The notes below the pieces were generated by a model. The model worked only from the letters and a program-made list of their open reading frames with translations, did no database searches and had not been told where the DNA came from. A stretch of 64,000 nt of DNA from Macrostomum lignano (lineage: Eukaryota). This document shows, piece by piece, positions 46,065 to 58,995 of this stretch. Within the stretch, counting starts at the first letter, position 1; every line of letters begins with the position of its first letter. A program made the position numbers and the translations under genes. Where the stretch lies: NCBI GenBank assembly GCA_002269645.1, contig NIVC01002851.1:62001-126000 (forward strand), written 5' to 3'.

Positions 46065-49000
46065 GAACTTCAGCAGGTAACAGAGCCGGGCCTGTCGGTT
46101 GAAAAGCACCGCCAGGCAGCTGCTAGCGGCGGTGTTGCACCTTTGAATGCAGCCGGCGACATTCGGAATGGCTTCCGTCCAGTAGGTGGCCTTCGAGTAG
46201 GAGCTGCTCACCACCAGCTGGGGCCGGCTCGGGTTCGGGCGGTACGACGAGCGGCAGCCGTTGTCTGCGGGAGATGGACGAGCAATGAGCAAGCGCAGCT
46301 GGAGTGATTGAAATGCGTGAGATTTTGTCAGTTTTGATGCTATAAAGGCGAAAAACGCTAATTTTACTACTCAATAAAGAGTGGATGAGGAACATCTCAT
46401 CTTTGCGAATGAAATCTATAATAGTAGTTATTCTAGTATCTGTGTTTTAACTTATATTTTTACTTTTAAATGAGTGATGGTTAAGTCTTTATTTGGAATG
46501 TTAGTTTGTCACAAAAAGTATAAACTACTTGAGAGATTTAAAAAAAACTTTCGCTTTTACATTTTAAAGTACACATCTAAATGAATGCAGATTAGCATTG
46601 AAATATCTGAGTGGGTCGCCATCATAAATCCGAAGAATCACAACTCCGAAAGCACTTCCCATCATAAACCCGAAATATCACAAACCCGAAATATCAGAAC
46701 TCCGAAAGTTCTAGTAATGTCCAACACTATTTTGGTTTTCGGAGTTATGATATTTCGGGTTTGTGATATTTCGGGTTTATGATGTGCGTTGCTATTCTGT
46801 TTTTCGGATTTGTGGTTTTCGGGTTTGTGATTTTTCGGGTTTATGGTGGAAAGCGCTTTTCGGAGTTGTGATTTTTCAGGTTTGTGATGTCCCCCCCCTT
46901 GAATGTTTACAAAATGTTTCTGGACACTCGATTCTAATACTAATTCTAATACACCCGATTCTAATACTAATTCTAATACACCCGATTCTAATACTAATTC
47001 TAATACACCCGATTCTAATACTAAATCTAATACACCCGATTCTAATACTAATTCTAATACACCCGATTCTAATACTAATTCTAATACACCCGATTCTAAT
47101 ACTAATTCTAATACACCCGATTCTAACACTAATTCTAATACACCCGATTCTAATACTAATTCTAATACACCCGATTCTAATACTAATTCTAATACACCCG
47201 ATTCTAATACTAATTTTAATACACCCGATTCTAATACTAATTCTAATACACCCGATTCTAATACTAATTCTAATACACCCGATTCTAATACTAAATCTAA
47301 TACACCCGATTCTAATACTAATTCTAATACACCCGATTCTAATACTAATTCTAATACACCCGATTCTAATACTAATTCTAATACACCCGATTCTAACACT
47401 AATTCTAATACACCCGATTCTAATACTAATTCTAATACACCCGATTCTAATACTAATTCTAATACACCCGATTCTAATACTAATTCTAATACACCCGATT
47501 CTAATACTAATTCTAATACACCCGATTCTAATACTAATTCTAATACACCCGATTCTAATACTAATTCTAATACACCCGATTTTAATACTAAATCTAATAC
47601 ACCCGATTCTAATACTAATTCTAATACACCCGATTCTAATACTAATTCTAATACACCCGATTCTAATACTAATTCTAATACACCCGATTCTAATACTAAT
47701 TCTAATACACCCGATTCTAATACTAATTCTAATACACCCGATTCTAATACTAATTCTAATACACCCGATTCTAATACTAATTCTAATACACCCGATTCTA
47801 ATACTAAATCTAATACACCCGATTATAATACTAATTCTAATACACCCGATTCTAATACTAATTCTAATACACCCGATTCTAATACTAATTCTAATACACC
47901 CGATTCTAATACTAATTCTAATACACCCGATTCTAATACTAATTCTAATACACCCGATTCTAATACTAATTCTAATACACCCGATTCTAATACTAATTCT
48001 AATACACCCGATTCTAATACTAATTCTAATACACCCGATTCTAATACTAATTCTAATACACCCGATTCTAACACTAATTCTAATACACCCGATTCTAATA
48101 CTAATTCTAATACACCCGATTCTAATACTAATTCTAATACACCCGATTCTAATACTAATTCTAATACACCCGATTCTAATACTAATTCTAATACACCCGA
48201 TTCTAATACTAATTCTAATACACCCGATTCTAATACTAATTCTAATACACCCGATTCTAATACTAATTCTAATACACCCGATTCTAATACTAATTCTAAT
48301 ACACCCGATTCTAATACTAATTCTAATACACCCGATTCTAATACTAATTCTAATACACCCGATTCTAACACTAATTCTAATACACCCGATTCTAATACTA
48401 ATTCTAATACACCCGATTCTAATACTAATTCTAATACACCCGATTCTAATACTAATTCTAATACACCCGATTCTAATACTAATTCTAATACACCCGATTC
48501 TAATACTAATTCTAATACACCCGATTCTAATACTAATTCTAATACACCCGATTCTAATACTAATTCTAATACACCCGATTCTAATACTAATTTTAATACA
48601 CCCGATTCTAATGAGTTCAGGTCCTGGATTTTCAAAGCATTGAATGAATTCCAAAAGAAACTATAATGAGGTAATTTCTTAGAAAACAGCCAAATCTCAC
48701 CAGAACCGTAGCGCATAGCGAAGACCGAGTTACGCCACGGTCCACCGCAGTTAATTGAAGCATTGCCTCCGCACGGTGTGTTGCAGTCTGAGTCCTCAGC
48801 CTGGCCATGGGATCCGTAGGACCGGCCGCAGAAGCAGTAACTATTCAACTGCAGACCGAAGTATGGGAAACCGCCGAGAGAGCACACCTTGGCGCAGTAG
48901 TCTGGAGTCATTGCGGTGCCCTGTACCGCCACGTGGCTCGTTATCTGAAGTTTATTTTGGTTGGTTAATTAGTTAGTTAGTTTTTTAGTTAAATAGTTAG

Positions 49001-49192
49001 TTAGAGCATTCAGTCAGTTCACACTATACTCACCTCAACGTCGGCCATCTTGGTGATGTTGGTCAGGCCGTTAAGATCGCGGTCAGCTGAGTCAACAAAG
49101 CAACCCAGGTAAGAATACTCATATGTCTTGTCTCCAAGGGCAACAGACGCCGCAAACGCGAGCGCTGCTCCCAGTCTCAGGACCAGCATCAT
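45804..49192 (-). CDS. WSC-PAN paralogue 3 with a LINE-derived C-terminal extension, ~287 aa
   Basis: Exons 49192-49034, 48944-48701 and 46264-45804; reading frame intact and runs into the insertion. Confidence 0.75.
46620..46889. mobile_element. ~270-bp fold-back (MITE-like) element in intron 2 of paralogue 3
   Basis: Outer arms CATCATAAATCCGAAGAATCACAACTCCGAAAG... match their reverse complement at ~46835-46889; inner arms CATAAACCCGAAATATCACAAACCCGAAATATCA / TGATATTTCGGGTTTGTGATATTTCGGGTTTATG; no clear TSD. Confidence 0.55.
46927..48612. repeat. 27-bp minisatellite ACACCCGATTCTAATACTAATTCTAAT, about 62 copies
   Basis: Highly homogeneous array in intron 2 of paralogue 3. Confidence 0.98.
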
Positions 49193-50002
49193 CAACTGTT
49201 TTCCTCAGCTAAAAAAGATGACTGCAGCTATCTGACAATGGCATTTTCTGAGCCGCTTTTATGCAGAATCTGCACGTACAGGCGAGTGCATGGAAGAGAG
49301 GCATGTTAGCTCAGTTCCTGCCCACGCTCGAGCGTGTGTCCGTAGTGTATAGTCATGAACATAGCAAGAATAGGATTAAAATGAATGATAAAAATTCATA
49401 TCCGGACCAACACGATGCGGGTAGCTTTTCAATACTGGCCTTGCCTGGGTGAGAGGCTCACTGATGCTTGGGGCTGTGTGGGAGGAGTGGCGCACACTTT
49501 TGAGCTTTTGGAAATTGGCTTGAAATTTCTAGTAACTATATAGGGATGAGGAACTGCCAGCGGTATGGGTTTTCACTAAGATTCCATTATAATGACTAGA
49601 TAAGGGCTTAGAAACCAGGGAGCACTAAAGAAGGCTCGACGATTTTTTGCATTAAATTATGCTCTGTTCCGCTAGAGTCCTAATTCATATCCTCATTCAC
49701 GTCCTGAAAAAAGATTCAATTGAAACTCTACTTCGAGCTTGAAGGATTCCCATTTCCCATTCTATGGTGCGGTACAACAACAACAAAAACAAAAAAGTGC
49801 GCAGCCCCGCATGCAAGTCACAGTGAGAGCAGGGCGCGTCAGATGGCGCACCGCAGAGCCTGAGAGCGGACGAAGTCCACCCAGTTGGAAGTGTCGGGCG
49901 CCCCAGCGTCGAACAGCAGGCAATGATGGAACTATACGCGTAGGACTGGTTCTCTTCATGTCGAGGTCTTTCTAATCTGACTTTCTAATCGTCAAGCATG
50001 TA

Positions 50003-50265
<263 letters not shown>

Positions 50266-50535
50266 CTATGAAATAAACTCATCAATGTACAGATAAATAC
50301 AAGTATATTATGAGAAACTATTGATCCCTTATACCATAATTGCTCACACTGCCGGTACTGACGAGTAGCACATAATTAATATATTTTATCTTTCAGACTG
50401 AAAGAAGAAGGCTTTCAAAGCCATCTATTTCGAGAACAGTCACCAACTTAGACGATTTCGAGTGGCCGCCACCAAAAACGGTTAATTTTCTGTCATAAAT
50501 CGCCGCAGTGTTAAGAGATGAATTGGAAGCCCAGC

Positions 50536-53500
50536 TCAGCACTCGGGCACGCTGCAGTACTCCCATCTGGTGGGGGTAGCCGTGTAGCACCAGGGCCGGT
50601 CTCGCATGTAGTCAACGGGATTGCGACAGTTGTTACCTGTGAGTCCCGCCTCAGCGACGTACATGCTGGGCACGTGACAGCTGACACCTCTGGTGCCGCG
50701 AGTGCAGCGCTTCACAGACCAGGACTGGCAGGGCTTGCCACTGGCTGTGACGTTGGACGAACCGACGAAGTCCTCCTGCTGTCTGTAGCATTCTTTGTCT
50801 GTAAGGTTGACAGATGCACTGGTGAGGTTAGTTAATAGCGGGGAGTAGCTGCACCAGACACATTCACACGCTAAATGAGGACCAAACTCTGTGTGAGCAC
50901 GCCTGCAGACAGTATCGATTTGTGTCCGAAGCAAAAATGCATACATTTAAATAAATATTTGTCGTGTCAACTGCAGGCTGATATGATGTTGCGTTTCACA
51001 AAACCATTTCTTAAAAGCTCGAAAGTTTATACATCATGTATGCTTAAAAAGATTTGCGTCTAAAATTTCGAGCCTTTTCGAGTTTCGAGCTTGTGAAGAA
51101 TCGAGCCTGTGTGAAGAGTCGAGCTTGTGAAGAATCGAGCCTGTGTGAAGAGTCGAGCTTGTGAAGAATCGAGCTTGTGAAGAATCGAGCCTGTGTGAAG
51201 AGTCCAGCTTGTGAAGAATCGAGCTTGTGAATTAAAGAATCGAGCTTGTGAAGAGTCGAGCTGGTGAAGAATTGAGCTTGTGAAGACTTAAGCTTGTGAA
51301 GAATCGAGCTTGTAAAGAATCGAGCTTGTGAAAAGTCGAGCTTGTGAAGACTTGAGCTTGTGAAGAGTCGAGCTTGTGAAGAATCGAGCTTGTGAAAGTG
51401 ACACGATGCCTACAATAGTTCGAGACAAACTTGTACAAACAATTGCTCCGTCAATAACTCACTAGCAGGCTCTCCGAACACCTGCACCTCAGCCAGAGTC
51501 AGGTAGGTTCTCTTGCGGCTCTCGATTCGCACAACGCTGCCAATCATGTTGCAGTCCAGAGTCCACACGGAGAACGGGCCGCCCTTGTACTCGGCGCAGA
51601 TGGCGTTGTCAACTTTGATAACAAAATTGTCCAGCCTGTTCGGACAGCAGTCCTGCCGATTGAAGATTCGAACTTGGGCAATGTAAGACGGCTTGTCTGT
51701 CTGAGCCTGCCACCAAGGACGCTGGTCCAGTTGAGTAGTGCTCATGCCACTGATGGTCCAGCTCTGCTTTAAGTTTCCGTCAATTGCACCAGTGCAGAAT
51801 GATTTGCCACGATAGTTGGAGCTCTGCTGGCACTTGGACAGGCGCAACTGGGCTGCAGTTTGGTTGGTTTACATTCACAATTTAGCATTGACTCAGCAAC
51901 AGACTATTGATGTATGAAGGAAGCGCGAGCATTCAAAAGTGTAGTTAACTGTCGTGGCATTGTTGTTACCAACCGGTTGATGAAGTCTTAGGGCAGGTGA
52001 ATCACCAATCGCTTTGCTTAACTTCTGTACCCTGTGACAGTTGGAGTACAGGCAGAGGCAAAGCTAGGGGGCAAGGGGGCCGCGCTCCTGACTGGTTAAA
52101 CATATGGGACCCCTTGCAGTAGCTTTGGTGCCCTTTGGTGCTGGCGCCCCTGGTGCTGACGTCCCTGGTGCTGACGACCCTGGTGCTGGCGCCCCTGGTG
52201 CTGGCGCCCCTGGTGCTGGCGCCCCTGGTGCTGGCGCCCCTGGTGCTGACGTCCCTGGTGCTAAAGCCCCTGGTGCTAAAGCCCCTGGTGCTGGCGCCCC
52301 TGGTGCTAAAGCCCCTGGTGCTAAAGCCCCTGGTGCTAAAGCCCCTTCTGAGAAATGAAAAGTTCTGAGTAGGCCCCCGAGTTAGGGGCCTAGAGGTTGG
52401 CGTTGCTGTTCCTGAGGTCATTATCATATATTCTTCAAAAAAATCTTCAGAAGACTCTAGCTACACAGGAATAAATTCGCATAACTTGTGATCTAGAAAA
52501 ACCGACCTGCTGAAATTATGGAAGCTAGGCGGGTTGTGCAGCTCACCCACTTTAGGGGTCGCAACAAATAAGCTCAGAGCGTACTAACCCTGATCGACTA
52601 CGCTTAACTTGCCTAACTAGCTATAGTTTTTATTTAGATAGAATGTAGCATAAGACACGCAACTTACAAGACATCGACGTGGGTCCATACTCGAATCCAA
52701 ACACCTGCACCTCGGCCAGAGTCAGATAGGTTCGCTTCAAACTCTCAATACGCAGCACCCTGCCGTCCATGTCGCAGTTGAAAGATTTCACGCTGAACGA
52801 ACTTTTGCTGTGGTACCGAGCGCATACCTGACCGTCGACCTTGATAACGAAGTTTGTCAGCCTGTCCGGGCAGCAGTACAGCCTGTTGAAGATGCGCACC
52901 CTTGAGAATCGAGTCACCTGTTCTGTCTGAGCCTCCCACCATGGGCGACGGTCATTGTTAGTGGTGCTGTGACCGTGGATAGTCCATCTCTGGTTGGTGT
53001 TTCCATCGATAGCCCCGGTGCAGCGGGACTTTCCGCGATAGTCGGAGCTCTGCCGGCAGTTGCGCAGCTTCAGTCGGACTGGGTGCACTGATTAACAGGA
53101 ATAAAACACAGAATTTTGGTTTTGGACGATGTAGGGCGTAGGCCGTGCGCTGCACTCTCTGCCCCACATTATTATTCATGACTCATTCTCTCGCCTAAAC
53201 TTGTTTACCAATTCTCGACCAATCGCGCATCGCTGCACCCCCCCCCCCACAATATTGACTAATAAATATATTGAGTAAACAGAGCCATACAGAGGCCACC
53301 TTTTCGGCACGCAAACCCAGACTTCACATTGATCCTGCTTGCGACGCAAATGGGCAATGGTTCAAAAAAGGACAATTCATTTCGCTTACACGCCGCTTCC
53401 TCCTGCGGCAGCAGCTTCCCGAACACCTGCACCTCAGCCAGTGTCAGGTAAGTTCTCTTGCGGCTCTCAATTCGCACAGTCCTGCCCGACTTGTTGCAGT

Positions 53501-55960
53501 CGAACGTCCACACGGAGAACGGGCCGCTGTTGTACCTAGCGCAGACCTCGTCGTCGACTTTGATGACGAAGTCTCCCAGCCTCTCGGGACAGCAGTCCTG
53601 CCGGTTGAAGATCCTGACGCGGTTGATCCTGGCGGGTGCCTCGGTTCGAGCCTCCCACCAGGGGTTGGCATCGTTTCGAGTGATGGCCATTGGAGCTCTG
53701 GCTGACAGCCGCTGCCTCGTGACTCCATCGATAGCTTTTGAGCACGTTTGACGCGAATTGTAGTTGGAGCTCTGCGAGCAGTCGGACAGCTTTAGCAGGC
53801 CTGAAATTGATTCGATGAGTTTGACAAGGCAACATTTCGAATTTTTCAAACTTATTGCTCGTAGCAACTAGTAGTCCAGCATACCTTGCGCATTAGTCTG
53901 TGGCAGCATAATTCCAAACACCTGCACCTCAGCCAAAGTCAGGTAAGTTCGCTTCATACTCTCAATGCGAATAACCCGGCCTTTTCGGTTGCACTTGAAT
54001 GTTTTCGATTTAAACGATTTCGAACTGCGGTACCGAGCGCACACGCGACCGTCCACCTTGATCATGAAGTTGTTGAGCCTCTCCGGGCAGCAGTCCCGCC
54101 TGTTAAAGATGCGCACCTTCTTAATCTGAGTCGCCTCATCTAATTGAGTCTCCCACCACGGCTTAGCATCGTTGTTAGTCGTGCTCTGCGTCGCCGCCGA
54201 CCAAACTCGCTTGTTGATTCCGTCGATGGCTCCTGTACACCGCGAGATGCCGTTGTAATCGGAGCTCTGACGACAGTTTCTCAGTCGCAACTTTACTGGT
54301 CGAGCTGAAATTAGTTGAGTTCAATATTGGCATAAGATTAGTCAAAATGAAGAATCTTAATCGACTCCCACAACCTTCCTGAGCACAATACAAGCGCGCC
54401 AATACTGTACACAGGCGCGCATTTGTGTACAGCGGCTCTTTACACCCTTTGTGCCTTGGGGCTTGGCCTATTGGGCAAATGATTATTGCACACAAGCTCG
54501 AGGTTAATGTGGCCACGCAAGGAATCGAACCAGGGATCTCGATGGCGCGAGACTCAGACGCTGATCTGCTCTTGTATAAAAGGCCCCAATAAATAGATAT
54601 ACTAAGTTTTTTATCATAAAAATCTACATACGGCCAGTTTTCAAGGCCTCTCCAAACACCTGCACCTCGGCCAGTGTCAGGTAGGTTGCTTTTCGGCTCT
54701 CGATTCGCACAACGCTGCCAACTTTGTTGCAGTTGAACGTCCACACGGAGAAGGCAGCGAAGCTGTTGTACTGGGCGCAGACTTTGCCATCAACTTTGAT
54801 GAAGAACTTGTTGAGCCTATTCGGGCAGCAGTCGAGTCTGTTGAAGATTCGAACCTGCATGATCTTCGATGGCACCTTGGTGCGAGCTTGCCACCAGGGT
54901 CTCGGGTCGCGGTTGGTAGTGCTCATGCCAGTAAAAGTCCAATGCTGTTTGGTGTTGCCATCGATGGCCCCGGTGCATTTGGATCGGCCCAAATAGTTGG
55001 AGCTCTGAGCGCAGTCAGACAGGGGAATCGGCGCTGAAAAATGGTTAAAAAATGAACCAGTTCGTGACGGATTCCAAAGTTTTACTGGTGAATTAAATAA
55101 ATTACTGGTGAACACTTAATCTATTGACAGATTAGATAGCAATTGCGCGGTGCATCTGAAGGCTGCGTACGGCTGTTCACGGTACGGCTGACTAGGAAGT
55201 CGCCACACACACCCTCAATTACCCCAGCTAATGCTGGCACCCATTTCACAGCAATGCAGAGTTAAGTGTCTTGCTCAAGGACAAAAATTGTTCCAAGAGG
55301 GTCGAGAATCGAACCCGATGAACTTTCATTGTATATACCAGCGTCATTCTATTTGTGTGACTCCCTCTTACGTGCTGCAGTGGCTGGTCCCATGGCCACT
55401 CCGTACACCTGGACTTCCGCCAGCGTCAGAAACGTGCGAATCCTGCTCTCAATTCGTAGAATTCGACCCTTCCGATTGCAGCTGAACGCTTTCACAGAGA
55501 ACGACGTTTTTCTCTTGTACCGAGCGCAGACATGGCCATCGACCTTGATAACAAAGTTTGTCAGCCTGTCCGGACAGCAGTACAGCCTGTTGAAGATGCG
55601 CACCTTAGTGAAATAAGTCAGCTGCTCAACTTGAGTCTCCCACCACGGTCGAGCATCCTGGTTTGTGGTGCTGTGACCGTGGATAGTCCATCTCTGGTTG
55701 GTGTTTCCATCGATAGCGCCGGTGCACCTCGAGATGCCGTTGTAGTCAGAGCTCTGCCGGCAGTTGCGCAGGTGCAGCCGTACCGCTTTTTCTAAAAACC
55801 AAGATATATATGTTTTATTATTCGATTAGTTTAGATAAATATGACTGATATTGGCTGCTAATGGTAATTATAACAACTTACTAGTGCTGGTAGCTCCTGC
55901 TAGAGCCACAACCAGAAACAGAACACCGCATAGGCCAATGTAGCGCCCAGATCGTCTCAT
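50536..55960 (-). CDS. Secreted protein with six F-type lectin (fucolectin/FTP-like) domains and a C-terminal kringle, ~934 aa
   Basis: Exons 55960-55882 (signal peptide), 55791-55372, 55033-54632, 54304-53885, 53800-53390, 53087-52668, 51852-51463 and 50798-50536, all phase 1. Each middle exon reads QSS.Y...AIDG...PWW...IFNR..CCP.RL...LTLAEVQV; kringle CQSW...NNCRNP...PWCYT...WEYCSVPEC. Confidence 0.9.
51085..51395. repeat. 16-bp minisatellite GAGCTTGTGAAGAATC
   Basis: In the last intron of the lectin gene; reverse complement of the 58495 array. Confidence 0.93.
52127..52350. repeat. 15-bp intronic minisatellite GCCCCTGGTGCTGGC
   Basis: About 14 units between lectin exons 6 and 7. Confidence 0.93.
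54360..54570 (-). mobile_element. Degenerate SINE family B relic in lectin intron 3
   Basis: CCTGAGCAC..TACAAGCGCGC...GTGTACAGCGGC and the GGAATCGAACC end resemble 6835-6910 and 7555-7570. Confidence 0.45.
55138..55345 (-). mobile_element. SINE family A, second copy (lectin intron 2)
   Basis: Colinear with 4515-4705; contains TTAAGTGTCTTGCTCAAGGACA and GAATCGAACCC. Confidence 0.65.
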
Positions 55961-57409
55961 TTCTCACCTTTTCTGTTTCGTTAAAAAGCTCAAACAGCCC
56001 CTATTCTCTTCTCAAATTTGAAGCCTTTCGATTTTGAAACGGATTATATAAAGAAACGCTACACGAAGAAAGAAAAAGCGCAGATCTGCTTACTGGCTGA
56101 CAGTCAGCAAAAATTTCTGCAGACATTACCGACGCTAAACACTTGCGCCGGAATCGCTTCGTGTCAGGAGCATCTGCACAGCGAACTGTGCTCCCCTCCC
56201 CAGCAACCTATGCTTTGCAATTCTCTGCAATTGTATTGAAATTGTTTGCCAATCTATACTCTTCAGAAGCGGCTAATATTCGCTCTCGTCTTTGCATTGA
56301 CTTTGAAAGTTTCTCGCCTCTTTAGCAGCTCAAGAGTCTTCTTGAATCTGCGTTCCTTATGGACAAGTTCCAGGCCATGCATTGAAGCGATATCAAAGGA
56401 AGTTCAGTCAGACGAAAGAAGTTGTGTGTGTTTTCGGGGGGGGGGTAAAAGCTGTCTTCTTAATGCAATAACTTTTCCACAGAATAAAAGCAAAAAAGTA
56501 ACTCGCAGAACTTTCATTTTTTGCTTTTCTAAAGACTTGTTTTTCTTCCAAAACTTTTACAGGGTTATAAAAATAGCCTCCACTGATCATATTTCTGTGT
56601 TAAAGAGCCAGTATCAACCTTTTTGGCAATATGCTATTGGTCAAATGTTACGAATCAATGTATTGTGTTATCTCGTTGATCATGAGTTCTCTCTCTTCTC
56701 TTTCTCCGCTCGCTAACTGCAGAGAGCGTCTATGGCCAAAAGGCTGTCGATCCACTGCCGAGACTGTCTATAGTAAATCCTCACTTGATGCTATGCTAAC
56801 TGCAACACGAATAAAGGTGTACTCGTACAACTAGTCTATAAATAGAACAAAAATTAACTTTACGTCTTTTGCTTCATAAGATTATAAATAACCGTATATT
56901 GTGTTTCAACTGTTTGAGGCGCTACAGAGTTAAGGCAAGACAGTTCTGGAACTTTTGAAAAACCACTAATAAATCCAAATTCAATTACAATACAGGTGAT
57001 TTAATGCAGCAGTAGGTCTTGTTTAATCCAAGAATGCAACAAGAACGCATATTGCACCACCGATCCACAGCTATAAACATCTGCGTTATCCTTAGTTATT
57101 ATAAATAAAAGCTTGCGAAATTTTGAAATTAGACACACTAGCATATTCTGTAGTTTGCTTAAGTTCGGCTAAGGCCAACGCTAACGCTATAATTATAGTC
57201 TTCAGCAAATAATATAAACAGTGTGAACAGATAAGAGGCCGCCAGCCAAGTATGATAAAAAACAATACTTGTGAATCTGTTTTCGATAAATACTGAAAAT
57301 ACGTTTTATTGCTTTGATTTAGCGAGACACCGATATGTTGATTTCTCAGTTGCAGGAATTAACATTGAAATTTTAGAATGACCACGTAACAGACACTAGA
57401 ATGAACTCA

Positions 57410-57870
57410 CGGCAGACACTAAAGTGACCCCACAACAGACACTAGAGTGACCCCACAACAGACACTAGAGAGAGACCCCACAACAGACACTAGAGTGACC
57501 CCACATTAGACACTAGAGAGTGACCCAACATCAGACACTAGAGAGTGACCCCACATCAGACACTAGAGAGTGACCCCACATCAGACACTAGAGTGACCCC
57601 ACAGCAGACACTAGAGAGTGACCCCACATTAGACACTAGAGAGTGACCCAACATCAGACACTAGAGAGTGACCCCACAGCAGACACTAGAGAGTGACCCC
57701 ACAGCAGACACTAGAGAGTGACCCCACAACATACACTAGAGTGACCCCACATTAGACACTAGAGAGTGACCCCACATTAGACACTAGAGAGTGACCCCAC
57801 AACAGACACTAGAGAGCGACCCCACATCAGACACTATAGAGTGACCCCACAACAGACATCAGAGTGACCC
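57410..57870. repeat. 23-25-bp minisatellite GACACTAGAGAGTGACCCCACATCA
   Basis: About 18 units. Confidence 0.95.
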
Positions 57871-57949
57871 CTGGGCATTAGTAAGTCTGATTTTGACTGT
57901 AACCTGCGAAGACAAAAGCAGAAGCCAAGTACCTACTCAGCTGGAGCAG

Positions 57950-58390
57950 TCAGCACTTCTGTGCGCAGTCATCCAGCTGACCTGTCAGCCTGTCAAAAGC
58001 TTCGCCCAGCTGGGCAGCCTGACGCTTTGTTGCGGCGAGTTCTCCAGCAGCGACAGCAAGCTCGGTGCCGCGGCGAGCCAGACTGTCCGACATCTCCCGC
58101 CGATCGTGAGCCAGTTTAGCCACCCCAGCTTCAATGGAGTCCAGGCATCGTTGAAGTCGTTGGACGCCCATCAGAGCAGCTCGAATCTGCTGGCCATTGT
58201 GACAGTTGGCCAGCTGCCAATTCGCCAGCTGACGGTGGCCGCCAGATGAGGAATGATCGGTAAAGCCCGGCTCCGAGCGCATCCGGCGCAGTGGTGGATG
58301 CTGCGGTTGCTGCTGATGCTGCTGATGCTGCAGGTCGCCTGGTGCAGCTCGGCGACAGGCAGTGCGGAACGATGCTCGATAGGGGTCCAT
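57950..58390 (-). CDS. Uncharacterised coiled-coil ORF or exon (146 aa)
   Basis: GC-rich coding-like composition, Q-rich N-terminal part and heptad-like C-terminal half (LQRCLDSIEAGVAKLAHDRREMSDSL...); gene structure unresolved. Confidence 0.5.
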   Translation of the reverse strand: MDPYRASFRTACRRAAPGDLQHQQHQQQPQHPPLRRMRSEPGFTDHSSSGGHRQLANWQLANCHNGQQIRAALMGVQRLQRCLDSIEAGVAKLAHDRREMSDSLARRGTELAVAAGELAATKRQAAQLGEAFDRLTGQLDDCAQKC

Positions 58391-58494
58391 GCTGAGGGCT
58401 GCATGGCGAAATCATGAGAAGGTCGAAGGTGTGAAACAATTCAATCTTTCTGTGCTGTCGAGTATCAGTTAAACTATTTTATCTGGGCTTTTCG

Positions 58495-58995
58495 TAAGCT
58501 CGATTCTTCACAAGCTCGATTCTTCACAAGCTCGATTCTTCACAAGCTCGATTCTTCACAATCTCGAGTCTTCACAAGCTCGATTCTTCACAAGCTCGAT
58601 TCTTCACAAGCTCGATTCTTCACAAGCTCGAGTCTTCACAAGCTCGATTCTTCACAAGCTCGATTCTTCACAAGCTCGATTCTTCACAAGCTCGATTCTT
58701 CACAAGCTCGATTCTTCACAAGCTCGAGTCTTCACAAGCTCGACTCTTCGCAAGCTCGAGTCTTCACAAGCTCGATTCTTCACAAGCTCGAGTCTTCACA
58801 AGCTCGATTCTTCGCAAGCTTGAGTCTTCACAAGCTCGATTTTTCACAAGCTCGAGTCTTCACAAGCTCGACTCTTCGCAAGCTCGAGTCTTCACAAGCT
58901 CGATTTTTCACAAGCTCGACTCTTCACAAGCTCTATTCTTCACAAGCTCGAGTCTTCACAAGCTCGATTCTTCACAAGCTCGACTCTTCGCAAGC
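58495..58995. repeat. 16-bp minisatellite GATTCTTCACAAGCTC
   Basis: About 31 units; inverse of the 51085 array. Confidence 0.95.

Noticed and set aside
46763-48932. ILILIHP / SNTPDSNTN / LESGVLELV ORFs of 369-626 aa
   Set aside because: Products of a 27-bp (multiple of 3) intronic array absent from the paralogues
52104-52358. Collagen- or elastin-like GAGAPG ORF
   Set aside because: A 15-bp minisatellite inside a lectin intron, antisense to the host gene, without Gly-X-Y periodicity
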